Source: a virus. From it: a stretch of 32,617 nt of DNA. The stretch covers positions 1 through 32,617 of the IMG/VR virus record IMGVR_UViG_3300048854_000232; one strand, 5' to 3'. Position 1 is the stretch's first letter. The number at the start of each line of letters is the position of its first letter. Positions 8,833 through 17,354 of this stretch are shown here, one piece after another. A model generated the notes under the pieces. It was not told the DNA's origin. It saw only the letters and a program-made list of their open reading frames with translations, and ran no database searches. Position numbers and translations under genes: made by a program.

Positions 8833-9699
8833 ATGCGCTCCATTACTCGTACGATCTTCGGCTCCCAATTGCAGGAGCAGTTGCTGCTGGGCCTGCCGTT
8901 CACCATGGTGGCTAACACCACGCTGAACGAGAAGTTCGGTATTGCCGCTGGCCGCGCACCGGATCCGGGCACCATGCCCCATGCCGGTTATTTCTGCATC
9001 GGTAACGGTGGCCACCAGAACCTGGTCGGCGCCGACGGCAAGCCGTACACCGCTGCGATCCAGCATTCCCCGGGCGATGCCGCGCTGTACTCGCACATGC
9101 CCTTCCTCATCCGTGACCCGGCCAACGACCTGGACGTGACCACGCGCCAGAAGTACGCCCTGCGTCAGCAGATCGTGGCCAACGGCAACAACTACATCGC
9201 CTACTGGCTGAAGCGTCTGGACTTCACCAACGTCGTTCCGCAGATGCAGCTGAACCACGTCGTCGATGGCACCACGACCTCGACCCCGTACGTGCCCACC
9301 GGTGCGAACCTGAACCCAACGCCGCCGGCGATTCCCAACCCCGGTTCGGGCGTGGTCACCACCACGGGCGACTACCTGTCGACCTCGGCAGTGCTGCGTC
9401 TGGACTTCACCGCCCAGGACGTGGCCGAGCTGGTCAACGTGGCCAAGGTGCTCTGGAACAACGAGCTCCTCGCGGTGATCTCGGAAGTGGGCTTGGTCTC
9501 AGGCGTCGACGCGATCGCCACCGGCATCGGTGCGGGCAACCAGCAGTTCAACTACCTGGAAGCCATCGCGGCGCAGATCGTCACGCATCTGAACGCGTAC
9601 TACCCGGTCAGCTACATGAACCAGGGCTTCGACTTCGGTCTGGAACTGGGCTCGACCGAACCGCTGGTGGGGATCTCGGACGCCGTTACGGGCAGCTAA
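8833..9699 (+). CDS. Conserved phiKZ-like virion structural protein (gp139-like)
   Basis: AGGA RBS. Motifs 'NTTLNEKFGI', 'YFCIGNGGH', 'HSPGDAALYSHMPFLIR', 'YIAYWLKRLD', 'AVISEVGLVSGVD'. Lies immediately upstream of RuvC, as recalled for phiKZ-like phages. Confidence 0.75.
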   Translation: MRSITRTIFGSQLQEQLLLGLPFTMVANTTLNEKFGIAAGRAPDPGTMPHAGYFCIGNGGHQNLVGADGKPYTAAIQHSPGDAALYSHMPFLIRDPANDLDVTTRQKYALRQQIVANGNNYIAYWLKRLDFTNVVPQMQLNHVVDGTTTSTPYVPTGANLNPTPPAIPNPGSGVVTTTGDYLSTSAVLRLDFTAQDVAELVNVAKVLWNNELLAVISEVGLVSGVDAIATGIGAGNQQFNYLEAIAAQIVTHLNAYYPVSYMNQGFDFGLELGSTEPLVGISDAVTGS

Positions 9700-9702
9700 C
9701 CC

Positions 9703-10281
9703 ATGCTGACCCTACCCGATGGCGATGACCGATACCGCATCGTAGGGATCGACCCCGGCACCGATACCCTCGGTGCTGCGTGGTTGGAAGTGGACCTGGT
9801 ACGTAAAGCGATCATCTTGATCGAGGCCCACACCTTCGACGGCACCCGGATGGCCAAACGGTACAGCTGGATCTCGCCACTGCACGGAGACCGCACGGCT
9901 CGATTGATGGCGCATGAGGAAAACCTCTACCTCTTCTTCGAGTACGTCAAGCCTCATGTGGTCGCGTCCGAAGCGCCGTACATGCGTAAGTTCCCCCAGG
10001 CCTTCCAGGCGTTGGTGGAATGCATGACGTTCATCCGGCGGGCGTTGTTCCGCTACGACGAATACATAGTCCTGGAACCGGTCGACCCTCCCACGGCAAA
10101 GATGGCGGTGGGGATGACGATCAAAAAGGGCTCCACCAAAGATGACGTGAAGCGTGCCGTCCTCGCCTTGAAGACTCTGGAGAACCCCATGGGGATCGAC
10201 CTGGAGCAACTGGACGAGCACAGCATCGATGCGATCGCTGTGGGTTACTGGCGCGCTAAGCTCATCCTCGACCTCCTGTAA
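9703..10281 (+). CDS. ruvC: RuvC-like Holliday junction resolvase
   Basis: Catalytic motifs 'IVGIDPGT', 'VASEAPY' and 'DEHSIDAIAVG', plus 'KGSTKDDVKRAV'. Confidence 0.9.
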   Translation: MLTLPDGDDRYRIVGIDPGTDTLGAAWLEVDLVRKAIILIEAHTFDGTRMAKRYSWISPLHGDRTARLMAHEENLYLFFEYVKPHVVASEAPYMRKFPQAFQALVECMTFIRRALFRYDEYIVLEPVDPPTAKMAVGMTIKKGSTKDDVKRAVLALKTLENPMGIDLEQLDEHSIDAIAVGYWRAKLILDLL

Positions 10282-10303
10282 CCCTTCCTTCAGGGGAATT
10301 CAC

Positions 10304-10789
10304 GTGAAACTCGGCGACCTTTTGAGCGTCGCGGGCAACAGTCCGCTGGACCACACCTCCTACAACTGGTCCACTGCGGTCTTGGGGGCCATCAACAACG
10401 TGCTACCGGCCGACCATCGGCTGACCGAAACCAATACGGCTGCCGAAGCACTGGCAGCGATCAATTGCCTGTCGGTCGATGACCGGGTGGCAATGCTGAC
10501 TATTCGTGTAGATACGCTGACCGGGACGCTCAAAGCGGACGAGCCAGCGGTGCACGTGGATGACGCAGCCACTGCCCCGGTCGCGGTGGTTCCCGCACGT
10601 GATCCCCGCCAGCTGATGGCGTTGGGCGTGGGTGCGGTGGTCGTGGTGATTGCTTTGATGATGGCAACGGTCTCGGCGGTGAACACGGCCAAGACGGGTC
10701 AACCGGCCGACACCCAGTCGATGACCCAGCTGTTCTCCATCCTCATGGATCTGTTCAAAGCGCTTGCTGCCCCTGCGCCTAGCAACTAA
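10304..10789 (+). CDS. Membrane protein with a C-terminal transmembrane helix, function unknown
   Basis: GTG 10304 follows an AGGGGA RBS. Hydrophobic segment 'LMALGVGAVVVVIALMMATVSAV'. Convergent with the endolysin. Confidence 0.65.
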   Translation: MKLGDLLSVAGNSPLDHTSYNWSTAVLGAINNVLPADHRLTETNTAAEALAAINCLSVDDRVAMLTIRVDTLTGTLKADEPAVHVDDAATAPVAVVPARDPRQLMALGVGAVVVVIALMMATVSAVNTAKTGQPADTQSMTQLFSILMDLFKALAAPAPSN

Positions 10790-10798
10790 CGGCATAGC

Positions 10799-10840
10799 CC
10801 CTCTCCTGTCTTTTCTGACAGGAGAGGGAGCTTTTATGCG
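10799..10840. terminator. Hairpin between convergent genes (probably bidirectional terminator)
   Basis: CCCTCTCCTGTC / GACAGGAGAGGG stem, flanked by CGGCATA on the left and CTTTTATGCG on the right. Confidence 0.85.
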
Positions 10841-10845
10841 CTGAC

Positions 10846-11670
10846 TTATTTACCGCCCCACTTGGCAAAGGCTGCCGCGAGCTTGGTGTCGTACTTGTTC
10901 TCGGCGTAAGCTGGGCCGTTGTAGTGTTCGGCGAAGCTGGCCCAGTTCTTCGACTGGATCGCTGAGAGCAGGTTCTTGTCACCCTTGACGAAGGACACGA
11001 ACGCATCCAGCTGGTCGCCTTCGGAGGCCGACATCGCACGGACGAAGGACTGCACGTCCTCGAAGCCACACGCCTTGTAGTTGAAACCCATGATCTGGAA
11101 CAGACCATAGCTCGCACTCATGAGGCCGGCGGTGTCGCTGTAGGAACGTGCCAGGTTCAGACGTGCCCATTCGGTGTCGTTGGACTTGGTATAGCCGCCG
11201 CGCTGCGGGTTGCAGATCTCCGGATGGGTTTGGACCAGCAGGGCGCGGACACCCACCAACTCGGTGAGCGAGTCCGTCGGTTTGCGCGGGATAGCCAGGT
11301 ACTTGTAGAACTGGTGACGCTCGTACAGGATGATCGGTCGACCATCGGCAGCAAAGCCCGAACCGCGGGCTTCGACTTCCGTCACAGAGCGGACGTGGGC
11401 TGGGGTAACTTTGAGCGTGGCTGCGGCACGAGCGAAGTCAGCATCGTTGACTTTCTTGGTCTGCAGGGTCAGGCCCAGCGCGCCGAAGGTGGCGGGACCG
11501 GCAATGCCGTCCGCGGCCAGGTTGTGAGCCTTCTGAAAATGGATCACGGCCTGCTGGGTATCGGCAGCGAACAGACCATCGATGGGCAGATTCAACGAGA
11601 GGGTTTCGTTGAGGGCGTATTGCAGCTGACGAACCGAATCGTTTCGGTCGTTGAGTTTGACGAGCGCCAT
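10846..11670 (-). CDS. Modular endolysin: N-terminal PG_binding_1 domain plus DUF3380 N-acetylmuramidase
   Basis: Start MALVKL at 11670 with AAGGAG RBS. PG-binding motif 'VRQLQYAL...DGLF...TQQAVIHFQKAHNLAADGIAGPAT'. Muramidase motifs 'VEARGSGF', 'RPIILYERHQF', 'SASYGLFQIMGFNY', 'FAEHYNGPAY..NKYDTKL'. Confidence 0.92.
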   Translation of the reverse strand: MALVKLNDRNDSVRQLQYALNETLSLNLPIDGLFAADTQQAVIHFQKAHNLAADGIAGPATFGALGLTLQTKKVNDADFARAAATLKVTPAHVRSVTEVEARGSGFAADGRPIILYERHQFYKYLAIPRKPTDSLTELVGVRALLVQTHPEICNPQRGGYTKSNDTEWARLNLARSYSDTAGLMSASYGLFQIMGFNYKACGFEDVQSFVRAMSASEGDQLDAFVSFVKGDKNLLSAIQSKNWASFAEHYNGPAYAENKYDTKLAAAFAKWGGK

Positions 11671-11746
11671 AGCGTTCTCCTTGGAAAATAATTGAAACAC
11701 ATAACATCCGGGGTAGTTAACCACCCCACTCATTACAAGGATTTGC

Positions 11747-12256
11747 ATGAACACCGCTCCGATCAATACAACCTCGACCTACCCGGATACGCACAAGGCG
11801 CCGGCGACGATTCACTTCGCCAATGCCGCGGATCCCAAGCTGCTGATCCAGACCCTCGACGCACGCCTGCGTGGTCGACTGGAAAGCCGCAACCTCACCG
11901 AGTACATGACGACCTCGGGCGAGTTTGACTTGCAGGTGGTCAGCACCACCCAGCACGGCTTCCAGATGCGCCTGGCCGTACTGCCCTTCCTGACTCCGGT
12001 CAAGGGTGGTCACGTTATCACCAGCATCGATGCTCGCTACGGCTTCACCAAGGATCCGACCGGCGGCATGCTGCAGCAGCTGTGGGACACGATCGTGGAA
12101 GCCGGTGGCGAATTCACCAGTGTCGAGACCACAGCCGACTACACGGCGATGCTCCTGCAGGGGCGTTTTGCGTATGCTCGTCAGGGTCATCCGGATAACC
12201 GCCGCTTCTCCATCGGCGTGGAGTTCAAGCACGTGCCGGCCCACGCTCGCTGGTAA
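11747..12256 (+). CDS. Hypothetical protein (possible member of a local paralogue trio)
   Basis: AAGGA RBS, good codon bias, divergent from the endolysin. Confidence 0.7.
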   Translation: MNTAPINTTSTYPDTHKAPATIHFANAADPKLLIQTLDARLRGRLESRNLTEYMTTSGEFDLQVVSTTQHGFQMRLAVLPFLTPVKGGHVITSIDARYGFTKDPTGGMLQQLWDTIVEAGGEFTSVETTADYTAMLLQGRFAYARQGHPDNRRFSIGVEFKHVPAHARW

Positions 12257-12308
12257 CAAAAAGTTACCAGGCAGGTTAATAGGTTAGGCTACCAACCAAA
12301 GGGCGGCA

Positions 12309-12848
12309 ATGAACCAGCAGGATCTTTATCAGCGTATCCACAGTGAGCAGGGCATTGCTCCGGCGATCGAGGAGTTCTTGGCACGGATCCACGCTCAGTG
12401 CCCGATCACCTACGAACTGCTCCAGCGCGATCCGGACTCCACCACCCGTGCCATTCGGATCCAACCGGTCGAACAGGAACCGGGTCAGGTTGATCTGCAG
12501 CGGCTGATCTTCCGCTACGAGTCGCATTGGCTGGCCTTTGCGCCCAAGGGCCAGGAACTGGTGAAGTTCGAATACGACCCCAGTCACATGCGGGTCGCTC
12601 CAGGTGGCCTCAGGGACGCGTTCCAGGCTGCAGCGCCCGTGTGTGGCCGTCGACTGTTGGAGGCGCTTGTGGTGGCTCTGGAGGCCTCTGGGGGCTACTT
12701 CACCGGCGGATCCTGGTCACCGGACGAAGCCCCTCGTGAAGGGGCCCGTTTGGTTGGTAAGTTCATGCTGCACAATGCCCGGGAGCGCTATTGGCAGTTG
12801 CCGATCAGCTTCTTCTTGGAGATCGCTCGGACCCGTCGTAAGTCATAA
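12309..12848 (+). CDS. Hypothetical protein (possible member of a local paralogue trio)
   Basis: AAAGGG RBS; 179-aa ORF ending just before a hairpin. Confidence 0.7.
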   Translation: MNQQDLYQRIHSEQGIAPAIEEFLARIHAQCPITYELLQRDPDSTTRAIRIQPVEQEPGQVDLQRLIFRYESHWLAFAPKGQELVKFEYDPSHMRVAPGGLRDAFQAAAPVCGRRLLEALVVALEASGGYFTGGSWSPDEAPREGARLVGKFMLHNARERYWQLPISFFLEIARTRRKS

Positions 12849-12853
12849 GTGCC

Positions 12854-12881
12854 CGGGACTCTTCGGAGTCCCGTTATGCCG
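12854..12881 (+). terminator. UUCG hairpin without U-tract, followed by TTATGCCG
   Basis: CGGGACTC-TTCG-GAGTCCCG-TTATGCCG. Confidence 0.6.
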
Positions 12882-12905
12882 CATTCCACCATCACAAGGA
12901 TTCCC

Positions 12906-13505
12906 ATGACTGACTCATTGATCGATTTGAAAGACTACTCTCCCGAGGGCATTGCTATCACGGCGCTGGGTAAACTGGACGCCTTACTCCTGAAGCGCTG
13001 GGCTGGTGATCCGCGTAAGGTCCCCGAAGTATTCAAGCGTGGTGACGATGCGGGTGAATATGACGAGCGGTTCATCTTCGGCGACGTCACGATCAACCGC
13101 AACAGTAACGAGCGTGGCGATATCGCGGTGACCTTCTATACGGAACCCTTCGCGGCGGAAGAGCCGTACACGGGTCGTCTTACTTTGGCGGCGGGAATGT
13201 CTCGTTGGTTGGCGGCGGCCGATCACATGCGCGATCCCTGGGCCCGTCAGTTCCTCATCGCCATGGCACGCGAACTGGAAAACACAATGGGCTTCGTTGC
13301 CAACGAGTTCATTCTCCCCGCGGTATCGGAGGAAACCTCCAAGCTGATCACCGAGACTTGCAGTATCATTGGTTATTTCCCGATGGCCGATGGGAAGGTC
13401 ATGGAAGTGCACCTAGATCGCAACCGCTATATCCCGAAGGTGTCGACCAAGCCCAAATACGTGCCACCGGGGCTGCGCCAAGGCAAACGTCATCGCCGCG
13501 GTTGA
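12906..13505 (+). CDS. Hypothetical protein with a basic C-terminal tail
   Basis: ATG 12906 with AAGGA RBS; the upstream GTG lies in the hairpin region. Ends in 'RQGKRHRRG'. Confidence 0.7.
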   Translation: MTDSLIDLKDYSPEGIAITALGKLDALLLKRWAGDPRKVPEVFKRGDDAGEYDERFIFGDVTINRNSNERGDIAVTFYTEPFAAEEPYTGRLTLAAGMSRWLAAADHMRDPWARQFLIAMARELENTMGFVANEFILPAVSEETSKLITETCSIIGYFPMADGKVMEVHLDRNRYIPKVSTKPKYVPPGLRQGKRHRRG

Positions 13506-13509
13506 CGGC

Positions 13510-13545
13510 AAAAAAGAAGAGGCTCACACCTCTTCTTTTTTTTTT
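13510..13545. terminator. Bidirectional terminator
   Basis: A6-GAAGAGG / CCTCTTC-T10 between the convergent stops at 13505 and 13549. Confidence 0.9.
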
Positions 13546-13548
13546 GCA

Positions 13549-14076
13549 TTAGGTTGGCTGCCACGCGTTCTGCAGCTCGTCCTTCTTCGGATCATCCGAG
13601 GGATTGACCCGATTGGTTACCGTGGCGAAGGTGCGCACTGCGATGTACATCACGTTACGCTTCCACGCCGGTACGCCCAGGACCGTCATGGCTTCTTTGA
13701 AGATGCTGTCCGCTTTGGCACGGGTGATCTGCTGGGCCTGACCGCCTTTGTGAACGATGAGGGTTTCGCAGAGGATGTCGTGCACCACCGCAGCCTGCCC
13801 GTACGCACCCCAGGGCGGCAGCAGGTTCCACAGCAGCTGAGGCACGGAGGCCCCGTCGGTCAGGTAACCTGCGGGCACATAGACCCAGCAGTCGTCCGCG
13901 ATGTCGCCCACGTAGTACTTGAACGCCTTAGTCACCCGCCAGACATCGTAGCCCAGCGTCTTGGACGCTGCGGCATCGTACTGGGTGTTGAGCTCGGCGC
14001 TGAACTTGGTAAACGGGGTAGCTGCCGCGATCGCCGAAACGATTGCGCCACCCGCCTCGGGTGTCTCGGTAGACAT
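13549..14076 (-). CDS. DUF1353 family protein
   Basis: 'VPAGYLTDGASVP..LW..LPPWGAYGQAAVVHDILC...ADSIFKEAM..LGVPAWKRNVMY.AVR' is the DUF1353 pattern. AAGGA RBS. Confidence 0.88.
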   Translation of the reverse strand: MSTETPEAGGAIVSAIAAATPFTKFSAELNTQYDAAASKTLGYDVWRVTKAFKYYVGDIADDCWVYVPAGYLTDGASVPQLLWNLLPPWGAYGQAAVVHDILCETLIVHKGGQAQQITRAKADSIFKEAMTVLGVPAWKRNVMYIAVRTFATVTNRVNPSDDPKKDELQNAWQPT

Positions 14077-14092
14077 GAAAGAATCCTTGAAA

Positions 14093-14133
14093 TGGCAAAA
14101 AGAAAAGAGTGGTCCCGGTTAAAGGACCACTCT
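14093..14133 (-). terminator. Terminator after the Hint-domain gene
   Basis: AGAGTGGTCC / GGACCACTCT stem, followed on the minus strand by TTTCTTTTTGCCA. Confidence 0.8.
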
Positions 14134-14144
14134 CTTGATACGAC

Positions 14145-15497
14145 TTAGTTACCGGCCGCCGGCTTCAGGTTGTGGTGAAGAATGAACAACTTGCCATCCT
14201 TCGACGCCCAGAAGCAACGATCCTTCACGTACAGCTTTTGTACCCAACGCAGGCCGATGTCACGCACCTCGATCACCTGAGACCAGGAGTAAGGTGTGTC
14301 CACGGCATCGATGTCTTCCTTGCGTGCCACGGGGACGTACAGTCCACCGATCAACGGGGCGACGACGAAGCCCTGCTCCCGGGTGGGAATGGGGGCCGTC
14401 GTGGAGCATTCCAGCTCCGCGCCATGTTCGGTACGGATCAGCACGCAAGGCTGCAGTTCCGGCTCAGAGAGCAAGACTTCACCCACGGAGGAGTTGACCT
14501 GGCCATCCCAGTGGTACGGGTCGGTCACCCACAGGTCACGTGTGACCTGGAAGTTACCCGCTACGTCGCCGTCGTACATGAACGAGTCGATCGTGACGCA
14601 ACCACCGCCACCGCCTCCACCGCCGCCTCCACCGGACCCGCCCAGGGGCGTCGGCCAGTTGGTTGGCCCCCAACGGATTTCGTTGTGAGCGAAGGTGACC
14701 GTGGCATTGACGGCGATGTTACCGTTATTGACGCTGCGGATGGTGACGCTCGCCGTGCCCTGGTTGTACCAGCTCAGGCCTTGGTTGTTGTCCTTGTAAC
14801 TGGAGTTGCCCGACGTGCCTTGTGCTTGGAGGATGATGCCGATCGACACCACGCCGCCCAGACCGCGCACACCTGCACCGGCGATGCCGTTCTGCTGGAT
14901 GCTGCTCGGACCCTTGAAGCCGCCCGGGTGATCGACACCCGGTGCGCCTACGGCCGAGACCGGGTAATCACGCCAGCCCGACACGAACGAGGTGATCGCC
15001 GCTTCGACCTGGTAACCGTTGCCGATGCCTGCGCCCGGGTTCGACGCCCAGTAGCCCGCCGCCAAGGTCCGACCGCCACTATAGTTGTAGATACCGTACT
15101 GGCCATAAGCCGGGACGTTATCCGTGACATAGTTGGTCGTGACCGAGGTGATAGACCAGGTGCCGTCCGGGTACAGGTTCAGGAAGATGTCGCTGTACAG
15201 TCGATCGCCCCAGGTCACCGACTCCGCGGCCGTGACCGCACTCTGTCCATAGGTCGGCGGGTTCTGCAGGTAGGCTACCGTGCCACGCCCAGCCCACATG
15301 TTGGTCACGTCACCGTAACCCAGCGAGCTGGTGTAGGCCACATCGGGGATCTTCCCGCCCAGACTCCGGGCAGCGTAGCGAATCACCGAACCGTCGTTGC
15401 GACGGTAGAAGTTATCGCCAATGCCGTTACCGCTGGTCTCAGGTTCGAACAGATCATCCCAGTCGCTTCCCGCAGGGTTGCGATAAAATGACGTCAT
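14145..15497 (-). CDS. Putative fibre-tip adhesin with poly-Gly linker and C-terminal Hint (intein-like) domain
   Basis: Starts 3 nt after the S74 fibre stop. N-terminal 'FYRNPAGSDWDDLFEP...RYA...G.K.PDV.Y...DVTNMWAGRG' anchor-like segment, then Gly11, then Cys300 'CVTIDS' ... 'LECSTTAPI' ... 'ILHHN' (His442-Asn443) and a 7-aa tail. Confidence 0.75.
   Translation of the reverse strand: MTSFYRNPAGSDWDDLFEPETSGNGIGDNFYRRNDGSVIRYAARSLGGKIPDVAYTSSLGYGDVTNMWAGRGTVAYLQNPPTYGQSAVTAAESVTWGDRLYSDIFLNLYPDGTWSITSVTTNYVTDNVPAYGQYGIYNYSGGRTLAAGYWASNPGAGIGNGYQVEAAITSFVSGWRDYPVSAVGAPGVDHPGGFKGPSSIQQNGIAGAGVRGLGGVVSIGIILQAQGTSGNSSYKDNNQGLSWYNQGTASVTIRSVNNGNIAVNATVTFAHNEIRWGPTNWPTPLGGSGGGGGGGGGGGCVTIDSFMYDGDVAGNFQVTRDLWVTDPYHWDGQVNSSVGEVLLSEPELQPCVLIRTEHGAELECSTTAPIPTREQGFVVAPLIGGLYVPVARKEDIDAVDTPYSWSQVIEVRDIGLRWVQKLYVKDRCFWASKDGKLFILHHNLKPAAGN
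14169..14600 (-). other. Hint / bacterial intein-like domain (144 aa, no endonuclease)
   Basis: Cys1 directly after the Gly run and terminal His-Asn. Block-F-like 'IGLRWVQKLYVKDRCFWA'. The +1 residue is Leu, not C/S/T. The block-B His is absent (STTAP). Confidence 0.75.
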
Positions 15498-15500
15498 GGG

Positions 15501-17321
15501 TTACCCCTTCTTCTTGAGCTTGGCGACTTCCCGCTCAAGGCGAGAGATCACTTCACTCTGGTCCTGGAAAGCCTTGAACAACACGTCGATTTCCGCACCC
15601 GCGGCCATGGCCATCTCGAAGCCCATGCCGGCCTTGTCCACGCCCAGCACGCCCTTGCGACCTTCGTAGTCAAACTTCTTGACGTACTCCGGTGCGACGA
15701 CCTGGACTTCCTGAGCGATGACACCCGTTTCCAGGCGACCGTCGTCCTTCCAGTTCCAGCGCTTGTGTTCGACCTCACGCCACAGGGCGCGTGCCCGCTT
15801 GGAGCGGATGTGCTTCTTCAGGCGTTTGTCCGAGGGCTGGAAGCCACCGGCCGAGATCACCGAACCGGAACCGACCGTGAAGTTGCCATTGGCACCGAAC
15901 GTGTAGTAACGGTAGGAGTTGGACGGACCTGCACGGACCGACATCTCGTTCGTGTTCGACTCGTAGATCAAGCAGTCGAAGTCCGAACCGATACCGACCT
16001 GGGCAAAGCGCACCGTGTCACCGATGGAGGCCTTGTTGTTGAGCGCGGCCTGTTGCGGGTTGGAGACGGGCTTGTTGATGTCCGCGGTGTTGTCGACACT
16101 GCCCAGGCCCACTTGCGCCTTGGTCGTGGCATGCGGGTTGTTCGCGTTGTTGATGTGTGCGTTGAGCGCGTTACCCACCTGCGAGGTCACAGCGGCGGCC
16201 GTGAGGGCCGGCGTCATGTACAACACATTGGAGGTACCCGCTTGCGCGTCGGCAGTAGCGGCCAAACCGAAGTTTTGCACGTTACCCAAGCCCACTTGCG
16301 CGGCGGTGGTGGCGTGCGGGTTATCCAGGCGAGCGATGTGCGCGTTCAGCGGCGTGACCGCCTGGGTGTTGATGGCCTGCGCGGTTTTCAGCGAGGTCAT
16401 GTACACCGTATCGGACGCACCGGCTTGGGCTTCGACCGTGGTGGCCACCGCGTAGTTCTGTACCAGGCCCAGGCCCACCTGCGTTGCCGTGGTGGCGTGC
16501 GGGTTGGTGTGGTCGTTGATATGCTGCTGGAGCAGCGTACCGGCCTGCTGAGTGATCGCCGCTGCCGTGTTGGCCGGGGTCATGTACAGATCGTTGCGGG
16601 TGCCCGCCTTGGCATCAGCGAGGGAAGCCACGCCGTAGTTCTGCACCAGGCCCAAGCCGACTTGCGCCGAGGTGGTCTGATGTGGGTTGTTGCGGTCAGC
16701 CAGATGCGCGGACAGGTCCGCTTCGGTCTGGTCCAGGTCCGTGCGGATGAGCCCGTCCTGGTGATCGACGTACTGGTAGATCGCCGCGTGGGAGGCATCG
16801 TCGCCGGTCAGGATGGCCTGACGCAGCTGCTCGAGGGCCACGGTGATGTATTCGAAGCCGTACAGGTCGCCCAGGTCGTGCAGATGGGGAGCCGGAGCGA
16901 ACTCTTCGGGCTTGCCGAGGATGTCACCCCACTTCACTGCACGATCGTCGATCTGCAGCGCTGCGATCATCTGCTCGATGGCGTAGGTCGAATCGCTGAA
17001 CTCGCCACCCAGAACCTGGTAATCGATCGAGTAGTCGTTGCCCAGCGAGTCATCCGTGATGACAATGACCGAACAGATTTCCGCACCAGCGCGAAGGGTC
17101 GCGTCGACGAAGAGCTGCACGGCTTTGTACTGCGTCTCCGGCGTAAGGATGGTTCCCGACGGCATGGAGCGAACCACGAGGCTGCGCGTGAAGAACGGCC
17201 CCGAGTTCGGTACAAATGCTCGATTGGTGGCCGCCGCCAGTGACTGGGTTTCCCCAGTCACCAGGTTGTTAGGCGAGGTGCCAGTCAAATCGAGCGGATA
17301 CTTGATGAGAGGTGTACTCAT
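15501..17321 (-). CDS. phiKZ gp145-like tail protein extended into a fibre: 61-aa NPH repeats plus C-terminal S74 chaperone
   Basis: Start MSTPLIKYPLDLTG (GGAG RBS). Four NPH..QVGLG repeats. S74 motif 'PSDKRLKKHI...TGVIAQEVQ..APEYV' and a terminal coiled coil. Confidence 0.8.
   Translation of the reverse strand: MSTPLIKYPLDLTGTSPNNLVTGETQSLAAATNRAFVPNSGPFFTRSLVVRSMPSGTILTPETQYKAVQLFVDATLRAGAEICSVIVITDDSLGNDYSIDYQVLGGEFSDSTYAIEQMIAALQIDDRAVKWGDILGKPEEFAPAPHLHDLGDLYGFEYITVALEQLRQAILTGDDASHAAIYQYVDHQDGLIRTDLDQTEADLSAHLADRNNPHQTTSAQVGLGLVQNYGVASLADAKAGTRNDLYMTPANTAAAITQQAGTLLQQHINDHTNPHATTATQVGLGLVQNYAVATTVEAQAGASDTVYMTSLKTAQAINTQAVTPLNAHIARLDNPHATTAAQVGLGNVQNFGLAATADAQAGTSNVLYMTPALTAAAVTSQVGNALNAHINNANNPHATTKAQVGLGSVDNTADINKPVSNPQQAALNNKASIGDTVRFAQVGIGSDFDCLIYESNTNEMSVRAGPSNSYRYYTFGANGNFTVGSGSVISAGGFQPSDKRLKKHIRSKRARALWREVEHKRWNWKDDGRLETGVIAQEVQVVAPEYVKKFDYEGRKGVLGVDKAGMGFEMAMAAGAEIDVLFKAFQDQSEVISRLEREVAKLKKKG
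16080..16706 (-). repeat. Coding tandem repeat with 183-bp period (about 3.5 units)
   Basis: NPH codons at about 16684, 16501, 16318 and 16135, exactly 183 bp apart. Confidence 0.9.
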
Positions 17322-17354
17322 CTCCGCTTTCTCCAATTTCTCTTTGCGATGCCG

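Noticed and set aside
13536-13545. T10 homopolymer as a phase-variation tract
   Set aside because: Intergenic and explained as the U-tract of a bidirectional terminator.
14169-14600. Canonical mobile splicing intein
   Set aside because: No homing endonuclease, +1 residue is Leu, block-B His is missing and the C-extein is only 7 aa. Treated as a BIL/Hint processing domain instead.
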